Virus record (IMG/VR): IMGVR_UViG_3300035678_000001
DNA length: 64,000 nucleotides
Strand: one strand, 5' to 3'
Origin: a virus
Taxonomy: Duplodnaviria > Heunggongvirae > Uroviricota > Caudoviricetes
In this document: positions 8,493-17,771 of the stretch, one piece after another
How positions within the stretch are numbered: position 1 is the stretch's first letter
How the letters are laid out: every line of letters begins with the position of its first letter
Notes under the pieces: model-generated
Databases searched by the model: none
What the model was told of the DNA's origin: nothing
What the model saw: only the letters and a program-made list of their open reading frames with translations
Position numbers and translations under genes: made by a program

Positions 8493-8881
8493 TGACCAGC
8501 CGCCTCGGTGGCGTCGTCGTGGTAGACGCGCATCACGCCATCACCCATCGGCCAGAACAGCAGCCGCTCGCCTTGGCGCACGGGCCTGCCGTGGCAGTTG
8601 CAGACCACATCGGTGCGATCCCTACGAGCGATGCGCCACGTCGGTGGGTTGTTCGGGTCCACCGGCAGGGCCACTGGGTCGCGCTCGGGCAGCGGACCGG
8701 GCACCTCGGCGTTGAGCATGTCGAGATCGTCGGGCGGGTCCGGCCAGGTGTCGTCGTACGGGAAGGCCCGGTTGTCTTGGTCGCTGACGTGCTGCCCAGC
8801 CATGAAGCCGAGTCCGCCAGCAGCCAAGATCAGGAGGCCGACCATCATCACCAGTGCCACCACGTCGCTGCTGTCCATCAT
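8489..8881 (-). CDS. Membrane-anchored protein, 130 aa (N-terminal TM helix)
   Basis: VVALVMMVGLLILAAGGLGFMAG followed by a Pro/Asp-rich soluble region. Confidence 0.5.
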   Translation of the reverse strand: MMDSSDVVALVMMVGLLILAAGGLGFMAGQHVSDQDNRAFPYDDTWPDPPDDLDMLNAEVPGPLPERDPVALPVDPNNPPTWRIARRDRTDVVCNCHGRPVRQGERLLFWPMGDGVMRVYHDDATEAAGQ

Positions 8882-10077
8882 CCGAAGTCCGCTCCTGTCG
8901 TGGGGTTGAAGACCGGGCCGTCGCCGGGCTCGTCGGGGTCGCCCTGCACGAAGGCCAACTCGGGCTTCTCCTCGACCACCATCTTCTTGACGCTCTCCAA
9001 CGCCTTGTCCCAGACCTGCCGGAGCACGTCAGGGTTGGAGCGCAGGTACTCCTTGGCCGCGTCCTCACCACGGACGCGCTCGCCGTCAGGCAGCGTGTAG
9101 TAGCCGCCACCGCCCTGCACGATGGCGTTGACGGTGGGCTTCTTGCCGACCGTCATGGCCTCGTCCACCACGTCCACGCCGATGGGGCCGTACTTCTCGG
9201 TGGGCACGTTGAGGATCGTCGTGAAGGCGGTGCGTCCGCCAGGCGCGACCTTGCTGCGCTCGACCTTGATGGCGATGGGCTGGCCGACCGGGATGTCCTC
9301 GCCGTCGATCTTCTGCATGATCGCCTTGTCGGCGCGGCGGAACTTGAGCACCATCGTCGTGGCGTGCCGCAGAGCCTTCGGCGCTGCGTAGGTGTCGCCT
9401 CCGGTCGGGGACGAGAAGTTGGCGCGCACCTGGCTGACGATGAGTACCGCGACTTGGTTCTGTCGGGCTGCCACGGCGGTCACCTGGCACATGCGGGTGA
9501 CGACCTGGCTGTTCTTGCCCATGTCGGACTCGTCGGCGTCCTTCTCGCTGGCCTTCTTGGTGACCATGCCGCCCACCGAGTCCACGACAGCCATCGAGAT
9601 GTAGCCGGACTGGCAGTTCTGCTTGAGCATGTCCGCCACGTCCTCGGAGTGGTCCGGGAACAGGTGGATGAAGCGGTGCTCGCTGGTGTCGAGGCCGTTC
9701 TCGGCAGCCCAGTCGAAGTCGAACGTCTGCTCCATGTCGATGAAGACCACGGCGAGGTTCGGGTAAGCCCGCTGTGCCTCGGCCATCGCCTTGATGACGG
9801 CGGTGGTCTTGCCGACACCCTCCGGCCCCCAGAGGAGGTGGATGCGACCACGCACGTACCCGCCGACGACGGTGGCGTAGTCGAGGGCCAGCGAGCCCGA
9901 CGAGATGATCTCGTACTTCGGTGGCTCGCGGTCCTGCCGGGTGACCGCCTTGCCGTACTGCTTCTCCAACTTGCCCCGGAGCGCCTCGATCCCCGCCAGC
10001 GCCTTCCTGTCCATCACGGGCAGACCAGCGGCGGTCGGGATGACCTCGACGGTCGCGGTCTTCTTCTTGGTGGGCAT
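8878..10077 (-). CDS. recA: RecA-family recombinase
   Basis: Walker A GPEGVGKTT with RecA core motifs throughout (SGSLALDYA, DSVGGMV). 399 aa. Confidence 0.9.
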   Translation of the reverse strand: MPTKKKTATVEVIPTAAGLPVMDRKALAGIEALRGKLEKQYGKAVTRQDREPPKYEIISSGSLALDYATVVGGYVRGRIHLLWGPEGVGKTTAVIKAMAEAQRAYPNLAVVFIDMEQTFDFDWAAENGLDTSEHRFIHLFPDHSEDVADMLKQNCQSGYISMAVVDSVGGMVTKKASEKDADESDMGKNSQVVTRMCQVTAVAARQNQVAVLIVSQVRANFSSPTGGDTYAAPKALRHATTMVLKFRRADKAIMQKIDGEDIPVGQPIAIKVERSKVAPGGRTAFTTILNVPTEKYGPIGVDVVDEAMTVGKKPTVNAIVQGGGGYYTLPDGERVRGEDAAKEYLRSNPDVLRQVWDKALESVKKMVVEEKPELAFVQGDPDEPGDGPVFNPTTGADFG

Positions 10078-10085
10078 CGGTTCTC

Positions 10086-13000
10086 CTAGTACGCCATGAA
10101 CGACACGAGGGTGTAGCCCCGTGGCGTCTTCTCGACCTCGACCAGCGCGAGGGTGCCGGGCTTCATCTCTGGGTTGTAGCGAGCCCAGGTCTTGCTGAAC
10201 ACCACGCAGTCGATGTCGGTCATCTCCGTGGTCAGACTGGCGAACGCCATCTTGTTGCCGTTGCGGTCAGGGCGAGCACGCACGCTGCTGACGATGGCCG
10301 CGATCAGGTAGATGTTGTTCGGGCTGCGCTCATCGAGCAGTGCCTCCAACTGCTGGAAGCAGATGTCGCGCTCCCGCTCCGGCAGCCGGTCGAACGGGGT
10401 GCTGGTCAAGTAGACGCCGAGCAACTCGTGCTCGATCTCCCGGATCGCCTCCTCGTTGTACGGCTCGATCTTGTCGATGGTGACCGTCTGCGTAGGCCGG
10501 TACTGGCGGCACGCACGCGAGCACTTCTTCGGGATCGGCTTGGCCTTGAGCGGCTTGCCGGTGCGCCCGAGCGGCGGGGGCTCGGAGGCCCAGTCGAAGT
10601 GGCACGGCAGCCCGTTCGGGCCGACGAAGGACGTGTCCTTGTCCACACACTGGGTGTCGGTGCCGTCCTTCTTGGCGAGCACCAGGGCTTCGAGGCCACG
10701 GCGGTTCGGCACCAGCGAGTCGAAGGCGCCGATGCGCGAGAGGATCGCGACGTGGCCGAGGTTGACCTTCGAGCCCTTGGGCTCCACCAGCCGGGTCATG
10801 AAGTCCTCGAACGAGGTGAACGGCTGGGCGTCCATGATGTGCTGCGCAGCCCCGGCGATGCCCTTGAGCGAGTCGAGCCCGTAGCGGACCGCCAGCGGTG
10901 AGCCGACGAAGCCGACCTTGCTCTCGTTGATGTCCGGCGGCTGCACGGCGTACCCCATCCGCCGGGCCTCCTTGATGAAGTCGGGGATGCGGTCCTTGTC
11001 CACCGACGACAGCGCAGCGGTGAGGAACTGGACGGGGTAGTGGAACTTGAGCCACGCGCACCAGTAGCCGAGGATCGCGTAGGCGAAGGCGTGCGCCCGG
11101 TTGAACGAATACTTGGCGAACTCGGCCATCTGCGCCCACAGGGCACCAGCGGCCACCGCGTCCATGCCTCGCTCGGCTGCCTGGGCGATGAACTTCTCGC
11201 CCTCGGCGGCGATCTTCTCGACCTGCTTCTTGCCGAGGATCTTGCGCACCTTGTCGGCCTCGGTGCCGGTGTAGCCAGCGAGCACCATGACGACGGCCAT
11301 CACGTCCTCTTGGTAGAGGATCGTGCCGTAGGTCTTGGCGAGCACCTTCTCCAAGCGGGCGTCCGGGAAGGACACCTCCTCCTCGCCGTTGCGCCGCCGC
11401 AGGTAGGCGTCGGTCAGGCCGGACCGCTTCGGACCAGGGCGGACGAGGGTAATCATGTCGGCCAGTTCAGCGACCGAGCGCGGTTGCATCTTCTTGGTCA
11501 ACTGCGTGCCGGGCGTCGTCTCGATCTGGAAGATGCCGAGGGTGTGGGCGGCGCTCACCTCGTCCCAGACCTGCGGGTCGTGGTACTCGTCCTTCCAGTC
11601 GTAGACGTTGACCTCGATGCCTCGCTGGTCGCGGATGAGGTCCACGCACATCTGGATGGTGTCGAGCGTGCGCAACGTCAGCAGGTCGAACTTGACCAGG
11701 CCGAGCGCCTCCTCCAACACGTCCTTGTCGAACTGCGTGACCATCTGCTCGCCCTCGATGCCGCGCAGGGGCAGGAGGTCGGTCAGCGGCTCCTCGGTGC
11801 TGATGACGACACCAGCAGCGTGCTTGCCGTAGGTCTTCACCCGGCCCACGAGCCGGTCGGCCATGCCGAACAGGTCGGGGTACTTCTGGCGGTAGGGGTC
11901 GAGCCGCTCGCCCTCCTGATGCCAGAGGTCTTCCCACTCGACACCGAGCCCCGCCGTACCGGCCTCGGCCTCGTCGATGATCTTGGCGACCTGGGCCAGA
12001 TCGACGTAGGCGCCCTCGGGCAGGGTCGAGGCCATCGCCCGACCCAAGTCCTTGACGATGCCCTTGTTCTGCAAGCGCAGGATGGAGCCGACCGTCACTA
12101 CGTGGTCCTCGCCCCACCGCTCGCGGACGTAGGACAGCAGGTCGGCCTTCTTGCTGGCTGGGAAGTCCACGTCGAAGTCCGGCAGCGCGATGCGGTCCTC
12201 GGTGAGGAACCGCTCGAACAGCAGGTCGGCGTCCACCGCGTCGATCTCCACGATGTCCGCGAGGTAGGCCACCAGCGAGCCCCCACCGGAGCCACGGCCA
12301 GGGCCGACGAGGATCGGGCGCCCGGTCAACTTGCCGCTGGCGTGGCCGTCGATCCGGCCTTCCTTCGCGGCCTTGCAGTAGTCGGCCACCATCAGGAAGT
12401 AGCCGCAGAACTCCTTCGGGATCAGCAGGCCCATCTCGCGCTCGAAGCGCGCCATGTAGACCTCCTGGCTCTCCCGCTTGCCGGTGGTCTTGCGCTCCCA
12501 GTTCGACATGCACAGGTCGAGCAGGCGCTCCACGTCCCGCTCAGCACCGCCGGTCCGGGAGAAGGTCGGCGTGTTGCTCTTGCCCTTGATCGTCGCGGTG
12601 CAGCGGTCTGCGATCACGCAGGTGTTACCCACAGCCTCGTCCACAGTCTGTGGATCGAGGTAGTCGAGGGCGGCGCGGACCTGCTTCTCGCTCTGCACGA
12701 ACAGGTCGAGGTTGACGGCGAACAGGTCGCCCTCGTCGTTGATGTCGCTGTTGGTCTGGCAGGCGATCCACGTGTGGTGGGCGTCGTGGTCGTGCTCGGT
12801 CGGGTAGTGGCTGTCCACCACGGCGACGACCGGGACGGCGTACTCCTTGCCGAGCCGAACCAGCGTCTCGTTGAGGGTCTTCTGCTCGGGCAACTGGTTG
12901 GCGTGCAGTTCGAGGTAGAGCCGGTCCCCGAAGATGCCCATGAGCCGCGCCAGGCGGGCGCGTGCGGTCACCTCGTCGCCCTTGAGCAGTGGGACGCTCA

Positions 13001-13946
13001 ACGGGCCGCGCAGACACGCTGTGGAGGCGATGACGCCCGTGCTGTGCCGGGCCAGGGTGTCCCAGTCCATCCGGGGCCGGTAGTAGAGGCCGTCGCGGTA
13101 CGCCTCGGTGCTCATGGCCCAGAGGTTGCGGAGCCCCTCCTGCGTCTCGGCCCAGAGGATCAGGTGGAAGTAGTCGTCCTTGAGCGACTTCTGAAAGGCG
13201 GTGTGTGCCTCCATCGCTGCCCGCCAGGCGTCCTCGTCTGGCGCGTCCACCATCGAGCCGGTGGACAACTTGTTGCCGTCGTCGTCGGTGTCGGCCTGCC
13301 ACACCTTCTTGGTGAAGTCGCGCTGCTCGGGCTTCTTCTTGGGCCGGACGATCCGGTCCTCGCAGAAGTACGCCTCGATGCCGAAGATCGGCTTGATGCC
13401 CGCCTTCTCGGCGTACTTGGCGAGGTCGGGGTGACCGGCACACGTGCCGTGGTCGGTGATGCCGAGTGCCTGCTGACCGTCAGCAGTCACCTGCGCGACG
13501 ATCTCCTCCATCTTCGACAAGCCGTCGAGCGGGCTGAACTCGCTGTGGGTGTGGAGGTGGACGAAGCCGGTCGTGGCGGCAACCGGCTCCGTCACCCCCG
13601 CGTCCTGGGTGACGCTGCCCAGGACAGACGCCAGAGTGGGGAAGGTGCCACTCGACAGAAGCCGGGGCGGCTGGGGCGGCACGTACACGCCCTGCACCTC
13701 GGTGCGCTGCTCCATGAACTCGTCAGCGGTGATGCCGTAGAACTCATCGCCCTCGCGGGGCGTCACCAGCGCCACAGCACCGGCAGCCGCTGCCTTCGTC
13801 CAGTAGTGCGGGCTGACCTGATACCACCACGAGGTGACGAACCAGCGGATGCCGTCGTCGTCCTCGATCAGGCAGACAGGCGGGTAGGAGCGACCGTCGA
13901 TGGTGACGGTCGCGTCAGTCGTGTCGTACGCCTCGATGAGCCGCAT
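10086..13946 (-). CDS. dnaE: DNA polymerase III alpha subunit (DnaE) with a ~130-aa N-terminal extension
   Basis: PHP domain HLHTHSEFSPLDG followed by the polymerase core, 1286 aa. The N-terminal 130 aa (MRLIEAYDTTDATVTIDGRSYPPV...) is not Arg-rich and sits in frame with no stop. Confidence 0.9.
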   Translation of the reverse strand: MRLIEAYDTTDATVTIDGRSYPPVCLIEDDDGIRWFVTSWWYQVSPHYWTKAAAAGAVALVTPREGDEFYGITADEFMEQRTEVQGVYVPPQPPRLLSSGTFPTLASVLGSVTQDAGVTEPVAATTGFVHLHTHSEFSPLDGLSKMEEIVAQVTADGQQALGITDHGTCAGHPDLAKYAEKAGIKPIFGIEAYFCEDRIVRPKKKPEQRDFTKKVWQADTDDDGNKLSTGSMVDAPDEDAWRAAMEAHTAFQKSLKDDYFHLILWAETQEGLRNLWAMSTEAYRDGLYYRPRMDWDTLARHSTGVIASTACLRGPLSVPLLKGDEVTARARLARLMGIFGDRLYLELHANQLPEQKTLNETLVRLGKEYAVPVVAVVDSHYPTEHDHDAHHTWIACQTNSDINDEGDLFAVNLDLFVQSEKQVRAALDYLDPQTVDEAVGNTCVIADRCTATIKGKSNTPTFSRTGGAERDVERLLDLCMSNWERKTTGKRESQEVYMARFEREMGLLIPKEFCGYFLMVADYCKAAKEGRIDGHASGKLTGRPILVGPGRGSGGGSLVAYLADIVEIDAVDADLLFERFLTEDRIALPDFDVDFPASKKADLLSYVRERWGEDHVVTVGSILRLQNKGIVKDLGRAMASTLPEGAYVDLAQVAKIIDEAEAGTAGLGVEWEDLWHQEGERLDPYRQKYPDLFGMADRLVGRVKTYGKHAAGVVISTEEPLTDLLPLRGIEGEQMVTQFDKDVLEEALGLVKFDLLTLRTLDTIQMCVDLIRDQRGIEVNVYDWKDEYHDPQVWDEVSAAHTLGIFQIETTPGTQLTKKMQPRSVAELADMITLVRPGPKRSGLTDAYLRRRNGEEEVSFPDARLEKVLAKTYGTILYQEDVMAVVMVLAGYTGTEADKVRKILGKKQVEKIAAEGEKFIAQAAERGMDAVAAGALWAQMAEFAKYSFNRAHAFAYAILGYWCAWLKFHYPVQFLTAALSSVDKDRIPDFIKEARRMGYAVQPPDINESKVGFVGSPLAVRYGLDSLKGIAGAAQHIMDAQPFTSFEDFMTRLVEPKGSKVNLGHVAILSRIGAFDSLVPNRRGLEALVLAKKDGTDTQCVDKDTSFVGPNGLPCHFDWASEPPPLGRTGKPLKAKPIPKKCSRACRQYRPTQTVTIDKIEPYNEEAIREIEHELLGVYLTSTPFDRLPERERDICFQQLEALLDERSPNNIYLIAAIVSSVRARPDRNGNKMAFASLTTEMTDIDCVVFSKTWARYNPEMKPGTLALVEVEKTPRGYTLVSFMAY

Positions 13947-13975
13947 GGTGTCCCCGGAGATAGAGATGGGTCGGC

Positions 13976-14011
13976 GCCCCTCCTGACGCCGTGCTAGACG
14001 CCAGGAGGGGC
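13976..14011 (-). terminator. GC-rich hairpin (10-bp stem GCCCCTCCTG / CAGGAGGGGC, 16-nt loop) between the gp32-like gene and dnaE. Candidate terminator/attenuator 25 nt upstream of the dnaE start.
   Basis: Seen directly in the sequence. Followed on the transcript by the C/U-rich CAUCUCUAUCUCC. Confidence 0.4.
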
Positions 14012-14024
14012 TGCCGAAGTGGAA

Positions 14025-15065
14025 CTAGCCGAAGTCCTTCGGACCACTGCTGGCCGGTGCAGCAGCACCCGCGCTGGCGGTCGCGGGCTCGCTGGCCGGA
14101 GTGCCGGTAGACGGCACGTGGGAACGCACGCGGTCACGCATCGCGGCGAGAGCGTCACCAGACACCTCGGGGGTGCTGGCTGCCTGCTGCTGCTCGACCG
14201 GAGCGCCCTGCGGTGCGTCACCGCTGGCTGCCGGGGTGCCGCCAGCCTGCGCGGGCGCCGCCTTGCTCGGGTCGAAGAAGCGGGCGAAGTAGTCGTCGGA
14301 CGCACGGTCCGCGATGATCGCCTTGAGGTTGAGGTTCTGCTGCTCGATGGACTCCTCGTACTGCTTCCACCGCTCGGTGCCGGGGGCGATGCCCTCGATC
14401 ACGTCCATCGGCATGATGTCGTAGTCGGTGTCCTTGCCGAGGCCACGGCGGCGCACGATGTAGTCGCGGTCGCAGACGGTCCCGTAGATGCCGAAGATCC
14501 CCTGCAACCCGCCGAAGAAGTTCTTCATCGCCATGTTGACGACGATGATCCGGCGCTCCTTGATCGTGTTGCCCGTCTCCTTGCCCTCGGCGTCCCGCTC
14601 GGCCACCTCACGGATGGCGTCCTTGAAGCCGAGGCGCTTGCCGCGCATCTCCGGGCCACCCATCGCCTCGGAGCCGTCACCGAAGACCTCCTCGCGGAGG
14701 CAGGCCAGCGCCCAGACACGGACGGTCGGCTTGAGCGGGTTCCCCCACTTGTCGGTGATCTCCGTGTGGTCGCACGGGTAGCAGTCCTTGTAGTAGCCAC
14801 CGAACCCAGCGTCGTAGCGGCAGGTGGCGGGCATCGACACCGGCCACTTGCCGGTGTAGCCCTGCGGGGCGCCCTTGGTCGGCACACCTGCGTGCTGCTT
14901 GACGAAGACCCAGCCAGGAGAGTCGGTCAACATCCGCAGGTAGCAGGTGTCACCGTCCTTCTCCAAGTTGAAGAACTCGACCTTGGCGAACTTGCCGCCC
15001 AGTGACTTGCTTGCTTCCTCGGCGGCTTCGCCACCCATTCCGAAGTTGAACTCGGGCTGTGTCAT
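14025..15065 (-). CDS. Putative gp32-like ssDNA-binding protein with a disordered acidic/Ala-Pro tail, 346 aa
   Basis: The ATG at 15065 forms an ATGA overlap with the upstream stop. Zn-subdomain-like CRYDAGFGGYYKDCYPCDH. Low-complexity C-terminal tail ending KDFG. SSB assignment is tentative. Confidence 0.4.
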   Translation of the reverse strand: MTQPEFNFGMGGEAAEEASKSLGGKFAKVEFFNLEKDGDTCYLRMLTDSPGWVFVKQHAGVPTKGAPQGYTGKWPVSMPATCRYDAGFGGYYKDCYPCDHTEITDKWGNPLKPTVRVWALACLREEVFGDGSEAMGGPEMRGKRLGFKDAIREVAERDAEGKETGNTIKERRIIVVNMAMKNFFGGLQGIFGIYGTVCDRDYIVRRRGLGKDTDYDIMPMDVIEGIAPGTERWKQYEESIEQQNLNLKAIIADRASDDYFARFFDPSKAAPAQAGGTPAASGDAPQGAPVEQQQAASTPEVSGDALAAMRDRVRSHVPSTGTPASEPATASAGAAAPASSGPKDFG

Positions 15066-16042
15066 GAAACTTCTCTCTGTGTGATCTGTGCGGGCTGTGG
15101 GTTCTGTTCGTCTATCAGTTTCAGCAGTGCGGTTGCCGCAGATCTTGCAACATCCACGGTGGGTTCTTGCTTGTCGTTCAGGAAGACGACGTACTGGTTG
15201 CCGACCGAGCCGACGATGTACGGGTGCGCCATGCGCCCGACACTGCCGACAGCCAGCCTGATGACCTCCTGACGATCTGCGATCTCCCGGATGAGCAGTG
15301 CTTGCCACCGGGCCATGCGCTCTGATGCCTCGCCTAGGCGGGACTTCCAGAGGAAGTACGAGTAGGGCCAGATGACCGTCTCATCGGGGTCCGACAGTTT
15401 CTCGTCCGGGGCACCTTGGTCGATGGCGGCTTGATCGTCAACACCCTCGTTCGGCGTGTCGGGGATGAACTTGTAGTCCTCCTCGATCACTTCCTTCGCG
15501 GTGGTGTAGTCGCCCGCCATCGTGCGGCGGCGGGCCTCGGCAGCAGCCTTGGCCTTGAGCCGGTCCTGCACGTAGATGTCGTCCAAGAACGGCTCACCGG
15601 GAGGGGCCAGGTCGTACGCCCGACGCACCGCTGCGTTGACCAACTGCTTCAACACGTAGGTCAGGTAGACCGACGACTGGCCGTCGAGAGCCTGGTACGC
15701 CTCGCGCAACTCCTTCCGGGTCGCTTTCCAGTGGACGCCAAGGGTTCTGTAGTAGCCGTTCACGTCCCAGCACCACTCGGGCAGGATCGCCAAGGCCGTG
15801 CTGGTGGAGCACTCGATAGGCCCACGCCCGACCTTGAAGGGCTCGTCCAGACGACGCAGGCGCTCCGCTTCGCGGGCACGCTGCTCGGCCTCGCGGTCGA
15901 GTGCGCCTGGCTCTTGATCCCACCACGGCTTGGAGTGGTTGACGATGGAGCCAGCAGTCGAGGAACTGTTGTCCCAACGACGCTGAAAGTCCTCGAAGAT
16001 CTCCCCCAGGGGGATGTCATCGCGGAACGTGCCGTCCTGCAC
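15062..16042 (-). CDS. Hypothetical protein, 326 aa (degenerate J-domain-like segment YYRTLGVHWKATRKELREAYQAL, lacking HPD)
   Basis: Track ORF with a GTG start at 16042 and non-biased composition. Confidence 0.5.
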   Translation of the reverse strand: MQDGTFRDDIPLGEIFEDFQRRWDNSSSTAGSIVNHSKPWWDQEPGALDREAEQRAREAERLRRLDEPFKVGRGPIECSTSTALAILPEWCWDVNGYYRTLGVHWKATRKELREAYQALDGQSSVYLTYVLKQLVNAAVRRAYDLAPPGEPFLDDIYVQDRLKAKAAAEARRRTMAGDYTTAKEVIEEDYKFIPDTPNEGVDDQAAIDQGAPDEKLSDPDETVIWPYSYFLWKSRLGEASERMARWQALLIREIADRQEVIRLAVGSVGRMAHPYIVGSVGNQYVVFLNDKQEPTVDVARSAATALLKLIDEQNPQPAQITQREVS

Positions 16043-16179
16043 CTACTTCTCCTCGTCGGCCTGCTGGTTCTCCTGCTTCAACGCCTGCTCATCTTCGGCA
16101 GACCAGTCCTTCGCCGCCGTCTTGGAGTTGTCGTCCTTCTCCGGCAGCACCTCGCCCGTTCCGAACTTGGTGATCCCCA

Positions 16180-17271
16180 CTACACGCTCACCTCCTCAAA
16201 CACACGTAGTTGTCGCGGTCGGTTCCAGACCGAGTACGGTACGGCGTTCTCGATGAGTTCGGCAGCCTTCTCGGTGGACAGGTTGGCGGGATCCCCGGCG
16301 TACGGAGACTCCACGACCTCGACCGGCACGAAGGGCGCCAGCCGGTCACCCAGCCCGTCTGCGACCTTCTTGGTCCTGCCGGACACGCTCGTCTCCCACG
16401 TGCCCTCTGTGGCGTTCCAGCCCGCGTCGTCGTTGTCCATCCACAGGACGATGCGCTCGTACTTGCAGAGCAACTTCACCTGCCGGTCGGTGACCGAGGC
16501 GCCGAAGGTGCCGACGAAGTTCGGGATCACGAGGTGGTGCTTGAGCACACTCATGCTGGACTCGACCACCACGCCGACCCGCTGCTTCGGGTCGTAGTTG
16601 AACAGCGTCGTGTCCTTCGGGAAGTCCGGGCTCGACAGGTACTTGGGAGTGCCGTCGTCGGCCAGGCGCCGTGACTGCCAGCCGACCAACTTGCCCTGCC
16701 AGAAGTGCGGCACGATGATCCGCTCGGAGATCTTGGTGTCGCTGACCGGGTAGTCGGGCGCGTAGCCGACCCGGAACTTGACCAGCACCTCCTCGGGGAT
16801 GCCACGCCCCTCGGGCTCGGGGTCGAACAGCCAGGGGTGCAGCAGCATCCACGGGGCCAGGATCCGCTCGTCGTACGACGGGATCGGCGGACGGCGGTCG
16901 CCCCGCTTCTCGTACAGCGCGTCGAAGTAGTTGAGCAGGTCGTGCAGGTCCATGACGTTGCCGTCGAGCCCTGTCGCCTTGCCCAGCCAGCCACGGGCCT
17001 CCTTGTGGTCGCAGTGGCGGACCGTCTGGATGAACCAGAGCAGGCCACCACCAGCGCCGCAGCCGAGGCACTTGTAGGTCAACTTCGACCAGTTGAGCGA
17101 GGCGGTCGGGTTGCGGTCCTGATCGGAGTGACTGGCCCACGGCACGAGGCAGCCGTGGATCAACTCGTCGTCGCGCTCGCGCACCCTGGTCACCCCGAAC
17201 TCCGACAGCAGGGAGCGACAGAGCGCCTCCTTCTGGGAGTCCGGGAGTGAGCCCGCCTCGAAGCCAGCCAC
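16180..17271 (-). CDS. dnaG: DnaG-type DNA primase (zinc-binding plus TOPRIM), ~363 aa
   Basis: Zn-binding segment HGCLVPW...KCLGCGAGG and TOPRIM segment VVVESSMSVLKHHL...LWMDNDDAGW. GTG start at 17271 (TAGTG overlap). The N-terminal 60 residues of the track ORF are rejected. Confidence 0.8.
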   Translation of the reverse strand: MAGFEAGSLPDSQKEALCRSLLSEFGVTRVRERDDELIHGCLVPWASHSDQDRNPTASLNWSKLTYKCLGCGAGGGLLWFIQTVRHCDHKEARGWLGKATGLDGNVMDLHDLLNYFDALYEKRGDRRPPIPSYDERILAPWMLLHPWLFDPEPEGRGIPEEVLVKFRVGYAPDYPVSDTKISERIIVPHFWQGKLVGWQSRRLADDGTPKYLSSPDFPKDTTLFNYDPKQRVGVVVESSMSVLKHHLVIPNFVGTFGASVTDRQVKLLCKYERIVLWMDNDDAGWNATEGTWETSVSGRTKKVADGLGDRLAPFVPVEVVESPYAGDPANLSTEKAAELIENAVPYSVWNRPRQLRVFEEVSV

Positions 17272-17771
17272 TACGAGAACTCGTCGTACTTCTCGCGGTT
17301 GTACGACTGCCACGGCTCGAACAAGCCGCCAGGGTAGAAGCCCCACTCCTGCTTCTTCGCACCGGCCCAGACCAGCGTGATCGTGCCCGGCTTGAGGGTC
17401 GTAATCATGTGGGCGACGTTGCGCGAGGTGCGGTGGATCGACCCCCGCTTCCACGTGCGGGCGCTGATCTCCTCACGACCCAGCAGGTGCTTGCCGATCT
17501 TGCAGTCACACGTCGGCCAGACCTGCTCGGTGTAGCCGCCGCGCACGATGAGCGACTTGAACGAGAACGGGTGATCGTGCGGGTCACGGTCCTCGTCCGG
17601 CATGTAGATGAAGTGCAGGTAGAGCGCGAACCAGGGCGTCTGCAAGATGCGCAGCCGACGCAGGTAGACCCGCTTGATGTCGCGGGCGTCCGGGATGTCG
17701 GCCCACTTCATGAAGTTCCAGCGCGTGCCGCCGATGTACGGGTACTTCACCGGCACGTAGGGGGCGGTCAC
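17271..17771 (-). CDS. Hypothetical protein, ~166 aa
   Basis: GTG at 17771 forms a GTGA overlap with the nrdJ stop. Contains a PDEDRDPHDHPF motif of unknown family. Confidence 0.5.
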   Translation of the reverse strand: MTAPYVPVKYPYIGGTRWNFMKWADIPDARDIKRVYLRRLRILQTPWFALYLHFIYMPDEDRDPHDHPFSFKSLIVRGGYTEQVWPTCDCKIGKHLLGREEISARTWKRGSIHRTSRNVAHMITTLKPGTITLVWAGAKKQEWGFYPGGLFEPWQSYNREKYDEFS

